From a virus (taxonomy: Duplodnaviria; Caudoviricetes), in IMG/VR virus record IMGVR_UViG_3300025327_000147, positions 1-25,356 of that record: DNA of 25,356 nt; one strand, written 5' to 3'. Below are positions 25,217 through 25,356 of this stretch, one piece after another; position 1 is the first letter of the stretch, and each line of letters begins with the position of its first letter. The position numbers were made by a program, and so were the translations under genes. The notes beneath the pieces were generated by a model. It searched no databases. It had not been told where the DNA came from and was given only the letters and a program-made list of their open reading frames with translations.

Positions 25217-25356
25217 ATCATCTCCGATGTTGCGATAATTTGTGCTTGATCGCTGCCACAGAAATCGGCCCATGAGATAATGCGCGTGCCACACGATGGA
25301 CAAAGAATAGTCTGCATTAAATCAAACCAATCACACAATTCTCCCGCGAATATAGC

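Noticed and set aside
25217-25303. N-terminal extension of the glycoside hydrolase in the ORF track
   Set aside because: ATG at 25216 has a GGAG RBS and directly begins a signal peptide

Overview
This is a GC-rich tailed dsDNA phage or prophage segment (Caudoviricetes), with every credible gene on the minus strand. In transcription order (right to left) it has four blocks. (1) About 10.6 kb of sugar or small-molecule tailoring genes: a secreted GH128-like glycoside hydrolase, a Gfo/Idh/MocA oxidoreductase, an SpsG/PseG-like GT-B protein, a SAM methyltransferase, an SDR, a radical SAM/SPASM enzyme, an ATP-grasp ligase and an SpsF/PseF-like cytidylyltransferase. These are interleaved with small phage genes, an HNH endonuclease and a VRR-NUC-like nuclease. 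(2) A ParB-like protein and a C5 DNA methyltransferase. (3) TerS, TerL, an HTH-portal-MuF fusion and a small accessory cassette. (4) A Mu-type protease/scaffold, a major capsid protein flanked by two paralogous cement proteins, and beta-rich virion proteins. The most interesting items are a 75-aa beta-grasp-like protein ending in Gly-Gly that is coupled to an uncharacterised Cys-x-His-Pro partner, the nonulosonic-acid-like tailoring cluster, a switchable RNA leader in front of the HNH gene, and two related promoter-leader-terminator units. Several core genes carry frameshifts, duplications or deletions, which could be assembly artefacts or prophage decay. All family calls come from motif recognition by eye; no database search was run.
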